DNA of 64,000 bases from Octopus vulgaris (taxonomy: Eukaryota): NCBI GenBank assembly GCA_951406725.2, contig OX597815.1, positions 178,002,001 through 178,066,000 on the forward strand. The letters run 5' to 3'. A program made the position numbers and the translations under genes. Within the stretch, counting starts at the first letter, position 1. Each line of letters opens with the position of its first letter. This document shows positions 28,574 to 46,292 of the stretch, piece after piece. Under the pieces are notes generated by a model. That model saw only the letters and a program-made list of their open reading frames with translations, ran no database searches and had not been told where the DNA came from.

Positions 28574-28738
28574 GTATCACTTAGGTTTTCGAGAGGGGAT
28601 GACCTCCCTTTGCGAATATCAGAAGAGCACAGAAAGTGTGTCTAAAGCCAGCTGGAGACGATGATCTCCTGGGGCTAAACCTTCAGTAACACCCACCCCC
28701 AGTTGCTAGCCACATTGAAATGGCTAGTACACTTTACG

Positions 28739-28796
<58 letters not shown>

Positions 28797-30394
28797 AGAA
28801 AATTTCGAGCCAACCGAAGCGTTGTGAGTGGATTTGGTAGACGGAAACTGAAAGCCCTTCCTATATATATATATATGAGTGCGTGTGTGTATTACATACA
28901 CACACACATATATGTGTGTCAGCTCTATATGCACGTGTTAGTATAAGTTTGTGTCTGTCAATATGTTCGCATGTACCTTTGTATTTTATAGTTGGTGATG
29001 TATATAAAATGTATATATGTGTGCAAATATTGTTTCCCAGTAGCATTTGTCTAGGAAAATACATCTTATCGTGTTTACTCATTTCATTTGCTTCTCTACG
29101 TGTGATTGACTTTGTATTCGCTTTGCAACCATGTACACATAGGTTTACATGCGGCCCTATTTTTTTCGAATGCCAGTACGCCAATCTGCGGTATGTGTAA
29201 GTATGTGCATCGGTGTATGGATATTTGCGGTGTATGGATATTTGCCATTCTTTGTCTGTTTTAAAAGAATGAAAGAAAAGAAGTATGCATGAAACTGGAT
29301 TACGCCATTTTTCCTTTTCTTATTTTAGTCGTTCAAGTCCACAAGACTATCTTAAACATTATTATTAAATTGTGATTAAATCATTTGGAAGAGATTTGGT
29401 GAAAAGAATTTTGACGGAAGTAAACAAAGAAAAAAAAACTGATTCAAGAAAAAAATTACAATTTAGCTGAAAGTCTCAAAGAATAAAATTTCCCTTGTGT
29501 TTTGTGGGGTTTTTTTTTACTCTTGTTAATTTTATATCTTTGTTCAATCAGAGTTGTTTCTGATTATTTTTTTCTTTCATTACAGAATAATATTAAATTG
29601 TCAATATAACTGCTTGTTAAGTGAAATATTCAGTTTGTCATGATTTTTCTTTGTATACCTTAAGTTCTTAGTCGTAAAAGATGTTGTTTTTATAAGGGTA
29701 GAAACCCTTTCACTTCCCTTTCATCGCCTGTTCTCCTTATACTAGTATTCCCTCTCTTCCCTTATCCGACACTATCAACTTTATTACTCGCTCTTTTATT
29801 TTCTTTTTTCCTACAGTAAAAATAATAATATTATTCCAAACATTATAAGCAAGAGTATGAAAAAACTGTTCAGCTGAAAAGTAAGTTTTTTTTTTTTTTG
29901 CAGAAGATTAAAACGCTGGCTTTTAAAACCAGTTGCAATCAACTTCAAGTTTACAACATGTGCAAGTGTTATTCAGGAATCGACGTCGTTCAAAACGCTT
30001 ATGATTTTCAGTGACATCCCTAAGTTCTTGGCTCAAATTTCGTAGATATCTATTATGTTTTTAATCCTTCTAGACTCAATAAAATATCGATAACCCAGGT
30101 ATCAGTTTCATTTGAATCAAAACATTTCTCGAATTATATTCTCACTGCATCAACAACCCACTGCTGCACATTGTATAAACTTGTTATTGATAAAATGTTA
30201 TTACTATGAGAAAGCAATTAGAGTAGTAAATAGTGCAGTCCCTCCATTTGTAATGGAATTGTAAGAGCGCATTAGCAATCTATAGTTTTCGGTGGGCATC
30301 ACGCAAAGACTAAGTAAGGTTCATCCATTTTCAGGGCTGAATACAATGGATTTCTTCCAGATAAATGGGAACAGAAGAATTGTCCCATGTATTG

Positions 30395-31030
30395 GTTTTA
30401 AATTTGGGCACTAAGTCAGCAAATTCTGGAGAGAGGGAGAGCCTATTACATCAGTCCGAGTGCTCAATTGGTACTCCTGTTATCGACCCCGGAAAGGATG
30501 GAAAGCAAAGCTCGGTGGGATTTGAACTTAGAAAGTAAGGCGGATGAAATGCTGCTAAGCAGTTTTTTCGAGCGCCCTAACGCTTCTGCCAACCCATTTT
30601 ATTAATCGTTTCATAAACGGATTTCAAATTTTGGCATAAAGCAAGCTCTTTTGGAGGAGGTTAATAGTACGATTGTACAAACAAGCAATAGTCAACTGGT
30701 ATGTTTTTATCGACTCGAAAAAGCTGAAAGGCAGAATTTGAACTCAGAACATAAACACTGACAAAATGTCACAAAACATTTTGCCGGGTGCCACAACAAT
30801 TCTGCCAGCTTCCTGCTTTAAATTATTGATCTTCAACCGATATTGCTCCTACCAAATCGCCGGCTCTCAGTATAATTCATATTAATTGTCAAAGAGTTCA
30901 AATTCCACCAAGGCCGACTTTGCATTTTATCCCTTCGGGGGTCGATGAGATAAGTGCAAGTCGTATTCCTATGTTGGAATAGTCGACACCCACAAAATTT
31001 CGGGCCATGTGCCTATAGTAGGAAGGATAC
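30395..31030. mobile_element. cluster of SINE-like family C copies (two minus, one plus)
   Basis: TATCGACCCC...GGATTTGAACT...GCTAAGCA...TTCTGCCA at 30395-30595 and 30620-30820. GAGTTCAAATTCC...GGGGTCGAT at 30895-31030. Confidence 0.75.
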
Positions 31031-31700
31031 ATTTTTTAAAAGAGCAATTTATATCTAACTGCGTAGGCCCTACGTACTAATTTCATGTCTTTTGATAGAA
31101 TAAACGCTAAATAATATACTGATGCTCGTCCAATCAATTATATTTCTTCCATTTGATCACTGGCCAATCGTTCATGCATTAAACCAGAATACTGTATTCC
31201 TGTCAGTGTTGTTGCAGTTGCCTCCCACGGCTCCCCTCGCACCTGTCATTATTCCTTATAATATTATGCGTTTCTTCCTTTTTCAAAAACCACAACCAGC
31301 TTTGCTAAATGTACAAGTATAATTAAAGCGTAGATACTAACGTTGGACTGAATGAATGAGCGTGGATTATTATCCATCAATTGGCGATGCTGTGTGCGTA
31401 TGCGGGGTATGCTGTGTATGCGTGCATGCGATAATGCCTCAAATATAACGACGCGCACATATGTAGAGTGTGGTTGTGTATGCGTGTGTGTGTGTGCGTG
31501 TGTGTATATGTGTGTGTGTGTGGTTGTGCGTATTTATTTGCGGCGTAGGCGTGAGTGTGTGTTTATAATAATAAGCTTACTGGGGAGTTACAAATGATTT
31601 ATGTCATTGCGTTTCATTTACAAAATTGGGCTTTCTTCCTATTTTAATTAGATCTCTATCTTTACATGCCAATTACATAGCCTTGTTATTATGATTTACT

Positions 31701-31783
<83 letters not shown>

Positions 31784-33199
31784 ACAGAATAATGGTATTT
31801 GGATGTTTCTGGTAACAATAACCACGCAGTGTAATAAAACCTGGCAGAAAATGAGTTCGGTGTCGGCGTTCGAGTATTTTAGGTTTTACTTTCGACTTCC
31901 CTTTATTTTGGCGTGTTAGTGAGCTTGGTTTTAAAGATTAGTTTATTAGAGGTTATATATTAAGCGGGTACCGATATGAAGGGGATATCACGGCCGTATG
32001 ACTTGGATTAAGTATATAACTTCCATTTGAAATCGGTGAAACGCCCAACAGCTAAACAACTTCAGGTTTTATACTTAACAATCTAAGCTTATGAACGCAA
32101 ATATTTTTAATACAAACAAAGTGACTTTGAGGTAATTTTTGTTCAATGTGATCTAAATGGCTTTATCGTTGATACTTATAAATCGACCAGGTGAAAATGA
32201 AATGTAGAATAAATATCGCACTAGAAACTAGCAAAATATTAAAAGCCCGATACATTCCTAAGCTTGTGTACTTTTGTTATATATTTGCCTTCATGTTCTG
32301 TTTTGCTTTTGTTTTGTCTGTTGTCTATTTATGACAATATTCGAGCTGTAGCTATTATTTCACAAGCTGCACGACACTTAATATTTTTTTCAACATTCAA
32401 TATTATATTTTAGGATTAATTCGATACGAGGTCAGCAACATCACATTTCGTTACTATGATTTAGAAGCCACCGTTAATATAACATTTCTTATCCTTCTAA
32501 GTAACAATAATAAGTTTCATAATCCTTTACTTTCCATTTGTAATTTCCTAAATATGGAATCCATGTGTAGCAAACTATTTTCATCAAATGTGAAAGCCAC
32601 AAATATTCATACAGCTATCTGGATGCGATTATTTCTCTATAACACGTGAGAGAATAGTTCAAAATTTTGAAGGTTTACGGCAAAATAATTTTAAATAAGT
32701 TGGCATGAAACAACTACCAATGAATCGTTTCTAAACGTAGACTCAATTAAATGTTCTGCAGCATGAAGTTTGTATTCTTCGGCGCATTTAACTCACTGGT
32801 AAGAATTATTCGCAGTAGTTCAACGTTTAAAATGTCAAAATGGATGTAGGCAATTATCGTAACTAAACCGTCCTTGTATCTTAACAACACAATATTCTAA
32901 TCACGTGATGCGTTTTGTGATCACTTCTTTTCTACTCTCGATGAAAAATAGTTGTTAGCGCTTTCCTTCGTGTACGACCGTATACTCCAAATTGTCTGCA
33001 ATATCTATCTGATTTTTAATTGATTTCTTCTCTATTGTCTGGGGGCTGATTACGTTGATATCTACAAGTGTTGCAGCAAAAAACTGTTTTGAATATTGCT
33101 ACGTAGGAAGGATAATGGTGAGTTCTACAAGCCAGCAGAAGTACAATATGAGAAAATCCGTGTCTGTATAGAAAATAGTTTATGAGAGGTTTCTGACTT

Positions 33200-33390
33200 T
33201 AAGGGTATTGCGAAAGACCCAGTAGGAGGCCCAAACTTTCGAGTTCTTTTACAGGGCTTAGAAAAACTGGAGAACAGCCACAATGAGTGTGTGAAACTGA
33301 GAGGAGAATATGTTGAATAAAATCATAATTAACTGGTCCTCTTGCATTTTCTTTTGTCAAAATCCAGGAACTTTTAGGCAGCCCATCGTA
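33200..33390 (+). mobile_element. mariner-type transposon 3' remnant
   Basis: FFYRA/GLEKLENSHNECVKLRGEYVE* resembles the mariner C-terminus (GIxKLxxRWxKCVxxxGxYVE*). It is followed by a TIR-like end ...GGAACTTTTAGGCAGCCCATCG-TA. Confidence 0.7.
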
Positions 33391-35136
33391 TAAGGAAGGT
33401 GGGGACATTGCCTAATACTATGTCCAATCAGTTGGTTCTGTTCACCCAAGGTATATCAGAATGTTATGAGTAAAGGTATACAAATCTATATACACGACAT
33501 ACATACAAGAAATTATGGTTTCAAACGTTGTCCGAAAGCCACTAAGTTTAGGGGTGAGGGAAGAGTGAAACGCTACTTATTTTATCGAAGACGAATTCCG
33601 TGGAAGTTCAATATTACTTTTCATTCTTTATGAGACGCTAAAATAATAAACACAAGTTGAGAGGTGAAAATTGCCTTGAGTTAGAGATTGAAACCATTTC
33701 AAACCATCAGTTCTTGTAAATGTGTCATGCATATAGGTCTCTTTATATTTACACATAAAGCTCTGATATGAATTAGACGAACTGGGTCATCCAATTGGAT
33801 GCAATAATAGGCAACCTAACTTTAATGCAGTGACTGAGATGACTGTAGAGTTTCTGCTTTTCATGTGAACATAAGCTACATCTCGAACAGAAGGTCCACA
33901 GTGAACGATAAAATAGAAGATAACACAAGTTTTCTATCCGCAAGTCTTAGCCTTGCGAGTGAGAGTCGCTGTTGCCGCGCACCACCCTCGCCATCCTCCG
34001 GGGAAAACGCCTTTGACATTTTATCTGCTGGAACAATGAAATCGTCTGAATTGCAGGACCACTTCTTAATATAAAGTTACTCTCTATAAATCGCTCCATT
34101 TTAAATTTATAGTATTTGAAGACATTTGATAGAAGTAATCTCTCTGGGTCGACAAAAAAATACTCACCATTCTTTACAGCAGTATAAAACGACCTCTTGA
34201 CTAACGTATAAATTTGAAGGCTGCTGACAATATATAATACCATTACCCTCTTTATTGTTTCCGTTGTTAAGACATTATGGTGATAAAACTGTAAAGTTTC
34301 AGATGTAATATTTTACAATTCTGTAATCTACAATATTTCGCGAATCTCTATTTAAATTAAATTGCTATCTAGTTTGACACTGTATTTTATCAAAATCGTT
34401 CATTTGAACCTGAAATTAATAAATACACTCGATAATACGCTTAAATATGCTTATCTGATTCATTCCATTTTTGTCGCTCTTGATGTAGACCGTGTTATAC
34501 GAAATATATGGACAATAATGCGCTCTGTGGATCACTCTCCGTTAAAATGCCTCTAAACCAAAAGCAACGATGTAAGATTTAAAAATAACCAATGCTCTTA
34601 AAGCAATCTGCTATCATTCTTTGTGAGCTTACTACATTTCCTTCTACATCCTACGAATAAAACCTATTAAATATATTGTTATCTATCGTTAATACTCCAA
34701 ATAATTTGTTTCTAAATTCAAGAAATAACTAGCATGCAACTTGTCTTTAAATTAGCCTCGTTTATAAAGAAGATACTTTTCATATGTGAATTGCCAGAAA
34801 ATAACAAAACAGTAATGCATGTATATGTCAGCTTACTTGATTAAATCAAAATAATTTGAATCAACATTTGCTTTATAAATATTTGTCAACGCTATTGTAT
34901 ATTGTTTCGCATCGTTTCTTTGTTATGATGACTTAGTACAGAAAAATCGACGAAGCGAACTTTTCATTAAATTTTCTGTCTGGCAGACAATACATCTCTC
35001 TGCATTATAAAGGACTAATTTTGAATTTCGTTGAAATATTCCCAACGGAATGAGCAGAAGTATTACGTGGTTGTTGAAATATAGTCCAGCTTTCCTTATC
35101 TAGTTTGATTTTCTACTATAATTTTGTTCAAGGTAT

Positions 35137-35305
35137 AGGCGCATGCGTGACTGTGTGGTATAAAGTTTGTTTTCCAACAGCGTGGCCCTGGGTTCAGTTC
35201 CACTTTGTGGCTTCTTGGACAAGTATCTACCACTATAGCCTCAAGCCGATCAAAGCCTTGCCAGTGGTTTTGGTAGACGGAACTTGAAAGAAGTCCGTTG
35301 TATAT
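35137..35305 (+). mobile_element. SINE family B, 5' part
   Basis: AGGCGCATGCGTGACTGTGTGGTA...GGGTTCAGTTCCAC...TTGGTAGACGGAAC. Confidence 0.8.
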
Positions 35306-35306
35306 A

Positions 35307-35391
<85 letters not shown>

Positions 35392-35586
35392 AATTCTAAA
35401 TGATATTTGAATCTACTTGTAATACATGATGATTTACCTTGGATGTGTATTGTACTTACATTTACTGGTATCTCATAGTTGGATATTGTTAACCAAATTA
35501 TTTCAATACTGAGTGAATAATTGATATCTGCCTGAAATTTTTTAATTCCTTTTCCTTCTTATTATATACTCTCTCTCTCTCTCTCT

Positions 35587-35624
<38 letters not shown>

Positions 35625-36034
35625 TTACTCTTTACTCTTTTACTTGTTTCAGTCAGTTGACTGCGGCCATGCTGGAGCACCGCCTTTAGTCGAGCAACTG
35701 GACCCCGGGACTTATTCTTTGTAAGCCCAGTACTTATTCTATCTGTCTCTTTTGCCGAACTGGTAAAGACGGGGACATAAACACACCAGCATCGGTTGTC
35801 AAGCAATGCTAGGGGGACAAACACATACACACAAACATACACGCACACACACACATATATATATACATATATACGACGGGCTTCTTTCAGTTTCCGTCTA
35901 CCAAACCCACTCACAAGGCTTTGATCGGCCCGAAGCTATAGGAGAAGACACTTGCCCAAGGTGCCATGCAGTGGGACTGAACCCGGAACCATGTGGTTGG
36001 TAAGCAAGCTACTTACCACACAGCCACTCCTGCG

Positions 36035-36036
<2 letters not shown>
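35625..36036 (-). mobile_element. full-length tRNA-derived SINE family B with CR1/L2-type 3' tail
   Basis: Minus strand begins GGCGCAGGAGTGGCTGTGTGGTAAG (A box) ... GGGTTCAGTCCC (B box-like) and ends GGCGGTGCTCCAGCATGGCCGCAGTCAACTGACTGAAAC plus short AAAGAGT-type repeats. Inserted in (TA)n. Confidence 0.9.
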
Positions 36037-36074
<38 letters not shown>

Positions 36075-36075
<1 letters not shown>

Positions 36076-37160
36076 GGTTTCGTTGAAGCACCTCTTTAGG
36101 TCGGTAGAATCCACAAGAGACAGTTGCTAGAGAAGTGCATCGAACAGTATATGGACTTATATCAGGTTTTCATTTATCTGACAAAGGTGCTTGATTCTGT
36201 CAATAAATTTGTGGGAATGCTTAGACAGTTTCATGACAAGACGGAAGTAAGAGTTATTGTTGGAGATACCTTATCAGGTGGAATTTCTGTAGAAATGGTG
36301 TAAAAGAAGGTGATATTCCTGCTCCTACTTTGTTTGCAAGATATTGTGAAATAGTCATTCAAATATCTTTAAAGGATTCTATATAAGGTATAGGACAACG
36401 GGAAAACTGTTCGACCTCAAACCTCTGTCTACCAAAACGAAAGTTCTGCATTCTCACCTTATTGAGTACCTGTATGCAGACGATTGTGATCTGTTGAGAA
36501 ATTCCCGGAAAGAGATGCAGCACATGTTGAACGAGATTTCTGCAGCGCGTGGAGCATTGGATCTAACGATCAATATAAAAAAAACCTGTAATAATGTACC
36601 AACTAGATGCCCCCAAGATGTATGTGGAAATTTTTATAACAGCGAATGGTCAAGGGTTGGAGACTGTGTTAGATTTATTTATTGATGTAGGAAGGACTTT
36701 GAGCACTACTGGTCTTGATGAAGAAATTTGTTATAGAATCAGCAGGGCTAGTAGAGCTATTGGTAGGTGTGACAGGCGTCTCTGGACACAACACACTATA
36801 TCTTCACAAATTAAAGTTAAGATATATAACACGTGCGTTTTTCCATCTTTGCTAATTGGGAGTAAGCTATGGCTTTTTTACCGTAGGCAATGAGGCCATC
36901 AATACTGTCTGAGGAAAATCTGGGGGGTTAAACTGGAAGATGGCCATTAGTAATGTGGAGGTGCGTGAGAGGAGTAGCAGTAGAAGGAGAGAGTCAATGA
37001 TTCTGTAAAGACCATTTAGATGGGGTGGGGGCATCTGGTATGGATCAGTGATGAGTGACTGCCCTAGCAGCTATTGCATAGTGAGCTGGAAGACGGCAGG
37101 AGACCAGCGCATAAAGCTAAATTAAGGTTTAAGGATTGCCTTACAAATGCTCTAATACAG
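36075..37160 (+). pseudogene. decayed RTE-clade LINE reverse transcriptase fragment
   Basis: Frameshifted motifs QLLEKCIEQ, GVKEGDIPAPTLF, YLYADDCDL, LTINIKKT, LDEEICYRISRASRA, KVKIYNTCV and GRRPAHKAKLRFKD. Confidence 0.88.
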
Positions 37161-37174
37161 ATGAGAATTCGTAG

Positions 37175-37648
37175 TTGTATACATGCATGTATGTATGTAT
37201 GCATTTATGTATTTATGCATGTATGTATATATGCTTGTATGTATGCATACATGTATATATGCATGTATGTATGAATGTATGTATGAATGTATGTAAGTAT
37301 GTATATATGCATGTATATATATAGGCATGCATATATATATGTATGTATGCATGCATGCATGTATAACAGCATGTATGTATGTAGTTAGGTGTGTATGTAT
37401 GCATGTATGTATGCATGCATGTGTGTATGCATGCATGTATCTATGTATGTATACATGCCTGTATGTATGCATGTGTGCATATATGTATTATTTACGCATG
37501 TGTGTGTGATGCATTATTTATGCATGTATGCATGTATGTTTGTAAGTATGCAAGCACTTGTTTACAGATTTTTCATATATTTAAGTATGTATGTGTGCAT
37601 ATATGTATTATGCATGTATGTATGTATGTATGTATGTATGTATGTATG

Positions 37649-37677
<29 letters not shown>
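37175..37677. repeat. degenerate (ATGT/ATGC)n microsatellite
   Basis: Tetranucleotide-type repeat directly following the RTE fragment. Confidence 0.9.
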
Positions 37678-37679
<2 letters not shown>

Positions 37680-38250
37680 CGCAGTCATTGAAGTTAAAGA
37701 AATGCAGGCGTTGTTTTGGATATTTCACATAACAGACACTGCAAATGTCATGCTTTTATTTCACATGAAAATATTTTTGGCCGCCATATTTTCGTTGGCC
37801 CTTTTGACATCAAGTAGAAAATTCATGTAAATACAGAAATTAAATATTGCCACATGTTTGTCTTTCGCACGTGATAAACCAACCATATTTGAACAATACA
37901 ACGCATTTGTCTTTCATAAACACACAAGGCAAAACGAAACTAAGTGAATGAAAGCCTCAAACAGATGTGAAATGTTTATTAAGGAATTTTGCATGTCATT
38001 TGGACGGAATCAAAAAAGACACGTCTTTGTCACTTGAAATAAATATAGGAAAAATCTGTAAACAACACCAAGTGTTTTTTTTCTTTTAGAACGCGTATAA
38101 ATTTAATGAATGAAAAGCAAACACGTAATTTTTCATTCGGCTTTCTTCGTATTATATCTGACATTATCCCTGTGTGTAAAGCGCTTGATGCGTAGATATT
38201 TTCGTGTTCAGATATGTTGTTTTCAAATGTAGTTTCGGATGTGTTTTGTT

Positions 38251-38442
38251 TTTATTCCTTTTGTTTTAGATAATATCCTTGTGTGTAAAAGACGTTACAC
38301 TTTTATGGTAAATACCTGTACATATTTATTCCTTTTGTTTTAGATAATATTTTAGCTAATACATATTTATTCCTTTTGTTCTAGATAATATCCTTGTGTG
38401 TAAAAGACGTTACACTTTTATGGTAAATACCTGTACATATTT
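38251..38442. repeat. local tandem duplication of a ~75-bp unit
   Basis: TTTATTCCTTTTGTT(T/C)TAGATAATATCCTTGTGTGTAAAAGACGTTACACTTTTATGGTAAATACCTGTACATATTT at 38251 and about 38366, with a partial third copy between them. Confidence 0.92.
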
Positions 38443-38677
38443 TACACGCTTTGTTCATTTCATACATTTGCTTTTTTTTTTCACAGGTTTACGAAAGACA
38501 AATATATGACATGGGTCAGATATGATTTTCATCATAAATATTTCGTGTGTCAAAGTCAAACACTCAGTGTTTTTAATCTCCGATATACAATTTTCTGTAT
38601 GAAATCAAATCGAAAAAAGCCAAGGAAACTATAATAGTGGCCGTCTATCTCCTCCTCTTTGTGTATGTATAGGCGTG

Positions 38678-38720
<43 letters not shown>

Positions 38721-39329
38721 ACGCATGCAGGAGCGCACATTCCTGTGTTTGATGTGAAAAGAACCATTTTTTAAAAATTCGAAGCGCCAGAATATAGACT
38801 AACATGTAGAATTTTTTTAGCTCTCTTACATGTAACTGTGACCGACATTTATTGCGTTGACACCGCAATGAGTTCCCGGAAGAATATACGAAGTCATTCG
38901 TTCCTTCAGAAGAGCAGCCGAATTCCTTTCTAATGGAGCTTTACAATCTGAAAACAAGAAAAGAAATTATATATTGTACAACAGAGTCCTATAAATATTA
39001 CTTTAAACAAGTGAGATATTCATAACTTGATATTTCGATCAAAGTTTTGATTCATCATCTTATGGTAAGTTGAGTACTGGTATATTCTGGATTTGGTAAT
39101 TTGTATATTCCTCATGTCTTAGATAATTTATGCATGTGTAAATTATGTACTCGGAAGGTGGTAAATATCCTGTATGCAAGTAGATATATGTGACCATTCA
39201 TTTCATGACATGCTATAAGAATGTATGGAAGTTAAATGTGACATGGGTCAGATATATTATATATATACGCTTAAATATATATGTGTTATACATTATTATA
39301 TATATATGCCCTGGTTATCTCAAGCTATA

Positions 39330-40260
39330 TGAACGGCCACACCATAGACAAGTTCAGGAAGATTTGATAAAATATATTATGTAGTTCCGGCTGCCCATAA
39401 CGGTTACCACCAATCTGACTCTGGTCGATTTCTTGGACGTAAACTTATTGACATATGTATGTAATATATGTATATCTGTATGACATATCAGGAGATAAGA
39501 TATATGTAGATAATACACATGTAATTAAAACCTGGTTCCAGGCATTAGAAAACGACTATCTACACACACGGCCAAAAGAGACGTCTATAAACGCCTCCAA
39601 ACTACAAGAAAATACTTTGGAGAGTGTTTACTAAGAAGCTCACGTATGGCTTTAAAAACACCCTCTCCTCACCCCCAAAAGGATGAGGAGAAGGAAAATA
39701 TATTGTAAAACAACGATTCTACCTAGCAGTTTCCTCCAACATAGCTATTTTCCTGTCGTCATAATTAACTTGAACATTCCCAGAGGTCATAAGTATTACA
39801 AATATCAAGGTGAACTACTCCTGCTTAGATTACTTAACGCATCTAACATCGCACGTATGAACAGACGTAATGAATCACCCATCCTACCCACCTCAACCTA
39901 CAGCTTCCGAAACCCAACCATGTGCCCTCTAGAAGGATCCTTGTCTCAAGACTGTAGTATACAAAGCCACCCTTACACCATCCGACAGCAATTCACTTTC
40001 ATGACAGCTAATGAATCCATGGGAAGATATGTTCCAAAGCATATGTACTCATTCAGATCGAGGGACACAGAGAACCATTCCCTGTCTCGTTGTCTCAGAC
40101 ATCGTGATCTCCGAGATAAATACTCTGCCTCAAGTGGACTATTGTCGAAAAAGCACCACCATATTCACCCGGTGCCCCTAAATGCCAGCTCTGCCTCCGC
40201 GGAAAATTGCATCCTCGAACAACCCGCAGTATATATATATCAACGATAAATACGATTATA
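39330..40260 (+). pseudogene. decayed Penelope-like retroelement ORF (RT C-terminus plus GIY-YIG)
   Basis: FRLPITVTTNLTLVDFLDVNL (PLE RT motif, cf. GLKITxxxNLxxVNFLDV), RRRKI, PRGHKYYK, FRNPTMCPLEG (Cys linker) and KHMYSFR...SLS (GIY-YIG helix), with frameshifts. Confidence 0.8.
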
Positions 40261-40509
40261 CCGTATATATAGATGTATGCCCTTCTAGCGAATTTCAGGC
40301 CTCTGACTCCCGAAAACTCGGATGTATATATATATATATATATAGAATATATATATATATAATATATATATATATATAAGCAGGACCGAATTCTCTAATG
40401 TTTTATATATATACGCTATACCAATCCCCATTACGCGTGCTCAGCGCGTGCATACTAACGCACGCGCGCGCATGCACATGTGAACGTGCATACGTGTGTG
40501 CGTGCACAC

Positions 40510-45473
<4,964 letters not shown>

Positions 45474-45489
45474 TACTGACTACAAGTAT

Positions 45490-45765
45490 ACGCAGCCGTG
45501 GCTGTGTGGTAAGAACCTTGCTTCCCAAACATATAATTCTGGGTTCCGTCCCACTGCGTGGGGCTTTGGGCAAGCGCAACTTTCTGCTAAAGCTTCGGCC
45601 GACCAAAGCCTTGTATATATATATTTGTGTGTCTGTGTTTGTCCCGCCCTATACCATCGTTTGACAGCCGATGTTAGTGTGTTCATAAAGAATAAGTGGT
45701 GGGGTCAATTTATTCGACTAAAAGTAGTGCTCCAGCATGACGACAATTCAAATAACGGAAACAAA
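45490..45765 (+). mobile_element. SINE family B, internally deleted
   Basis: CGCAGCCGTGGCTGTGTGGTAAG...GGGTTCCGTCCCACTGCGTGG...GTGCTCCAGCATG. Confidence 0.8.
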
Positions 45766-45793
45766 TAAAAAATATATATATACATACGCACTC

Positions 45794-45831
<38 letters not shown>

Positions 45832-45879
45832 GTGCCTGTGTGAGTGTGTGTGTATGTATATATGTATGTACACACACAT

Positions 45880-45926
<47 letters not shown>

Positions 45927-46271
45927 GCGAATGCGCATAGCTCAGTGGTTAGGGCGTCGAGCTTACGATCGTGAGGTTGTGAGCTCGAATCCCGGTCCAG
46001 GCTGTGTGTTGTGTTCTTGAGCAAGACACTTTATTTCACGTTGCTCCAGTTAACTCAGCTGTAGAAATGAGTTGCGGCGTCACAGGTGCCAAGTTGTATC
46101 TGCCCCTTTGCCTTTCCTTTGGATAACACTGGTGGCGTAGAGAGGGGAAGCCGGTATGCATGAGCGACTGCTGGTCTTCCATGAATAATCTTGCCCAGAC
46201 TTGTGCCTGGGAGAGTAACTTTCTAGATGCAAACCCACGGTCAGTCATGACCGAAGGGAGTCCCAACCAAC
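45927..46271 (+). mobile_element. tRNA-derived SINE (head D, tail Z)
   Basis: TAGCTCAGTGGTTAGG (A box), GAGCTCGAATCCC (B box), then GTGTTCTTGAGCAAGACACTTTATTTCACGTTGCTCCAGT. Confidence 0.88.
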
Positions 46272-46292
46272 TAATATATATATATATATATA

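Noticed and set aside
29817-29880. Exon-like segment (CTACAG...GTAAGT)
   Set aside because: Stops in all three frames. It could only be a non-coding exon, and there is no further evidence.
38251-38442. Repeat-spacer-like pattern (CRISPR-like)
   Set aside because: A simple local duplication in eukaryotic DNA, without regular spacers or cas genes.
45934-46002. tRNA gene-like sequence (also 19055-19125 and 63682-63755)
   Set aside because: These are SINE heads: they continue into SINE bodies, lack a proper acceptor stem, and two have target-site duplications.
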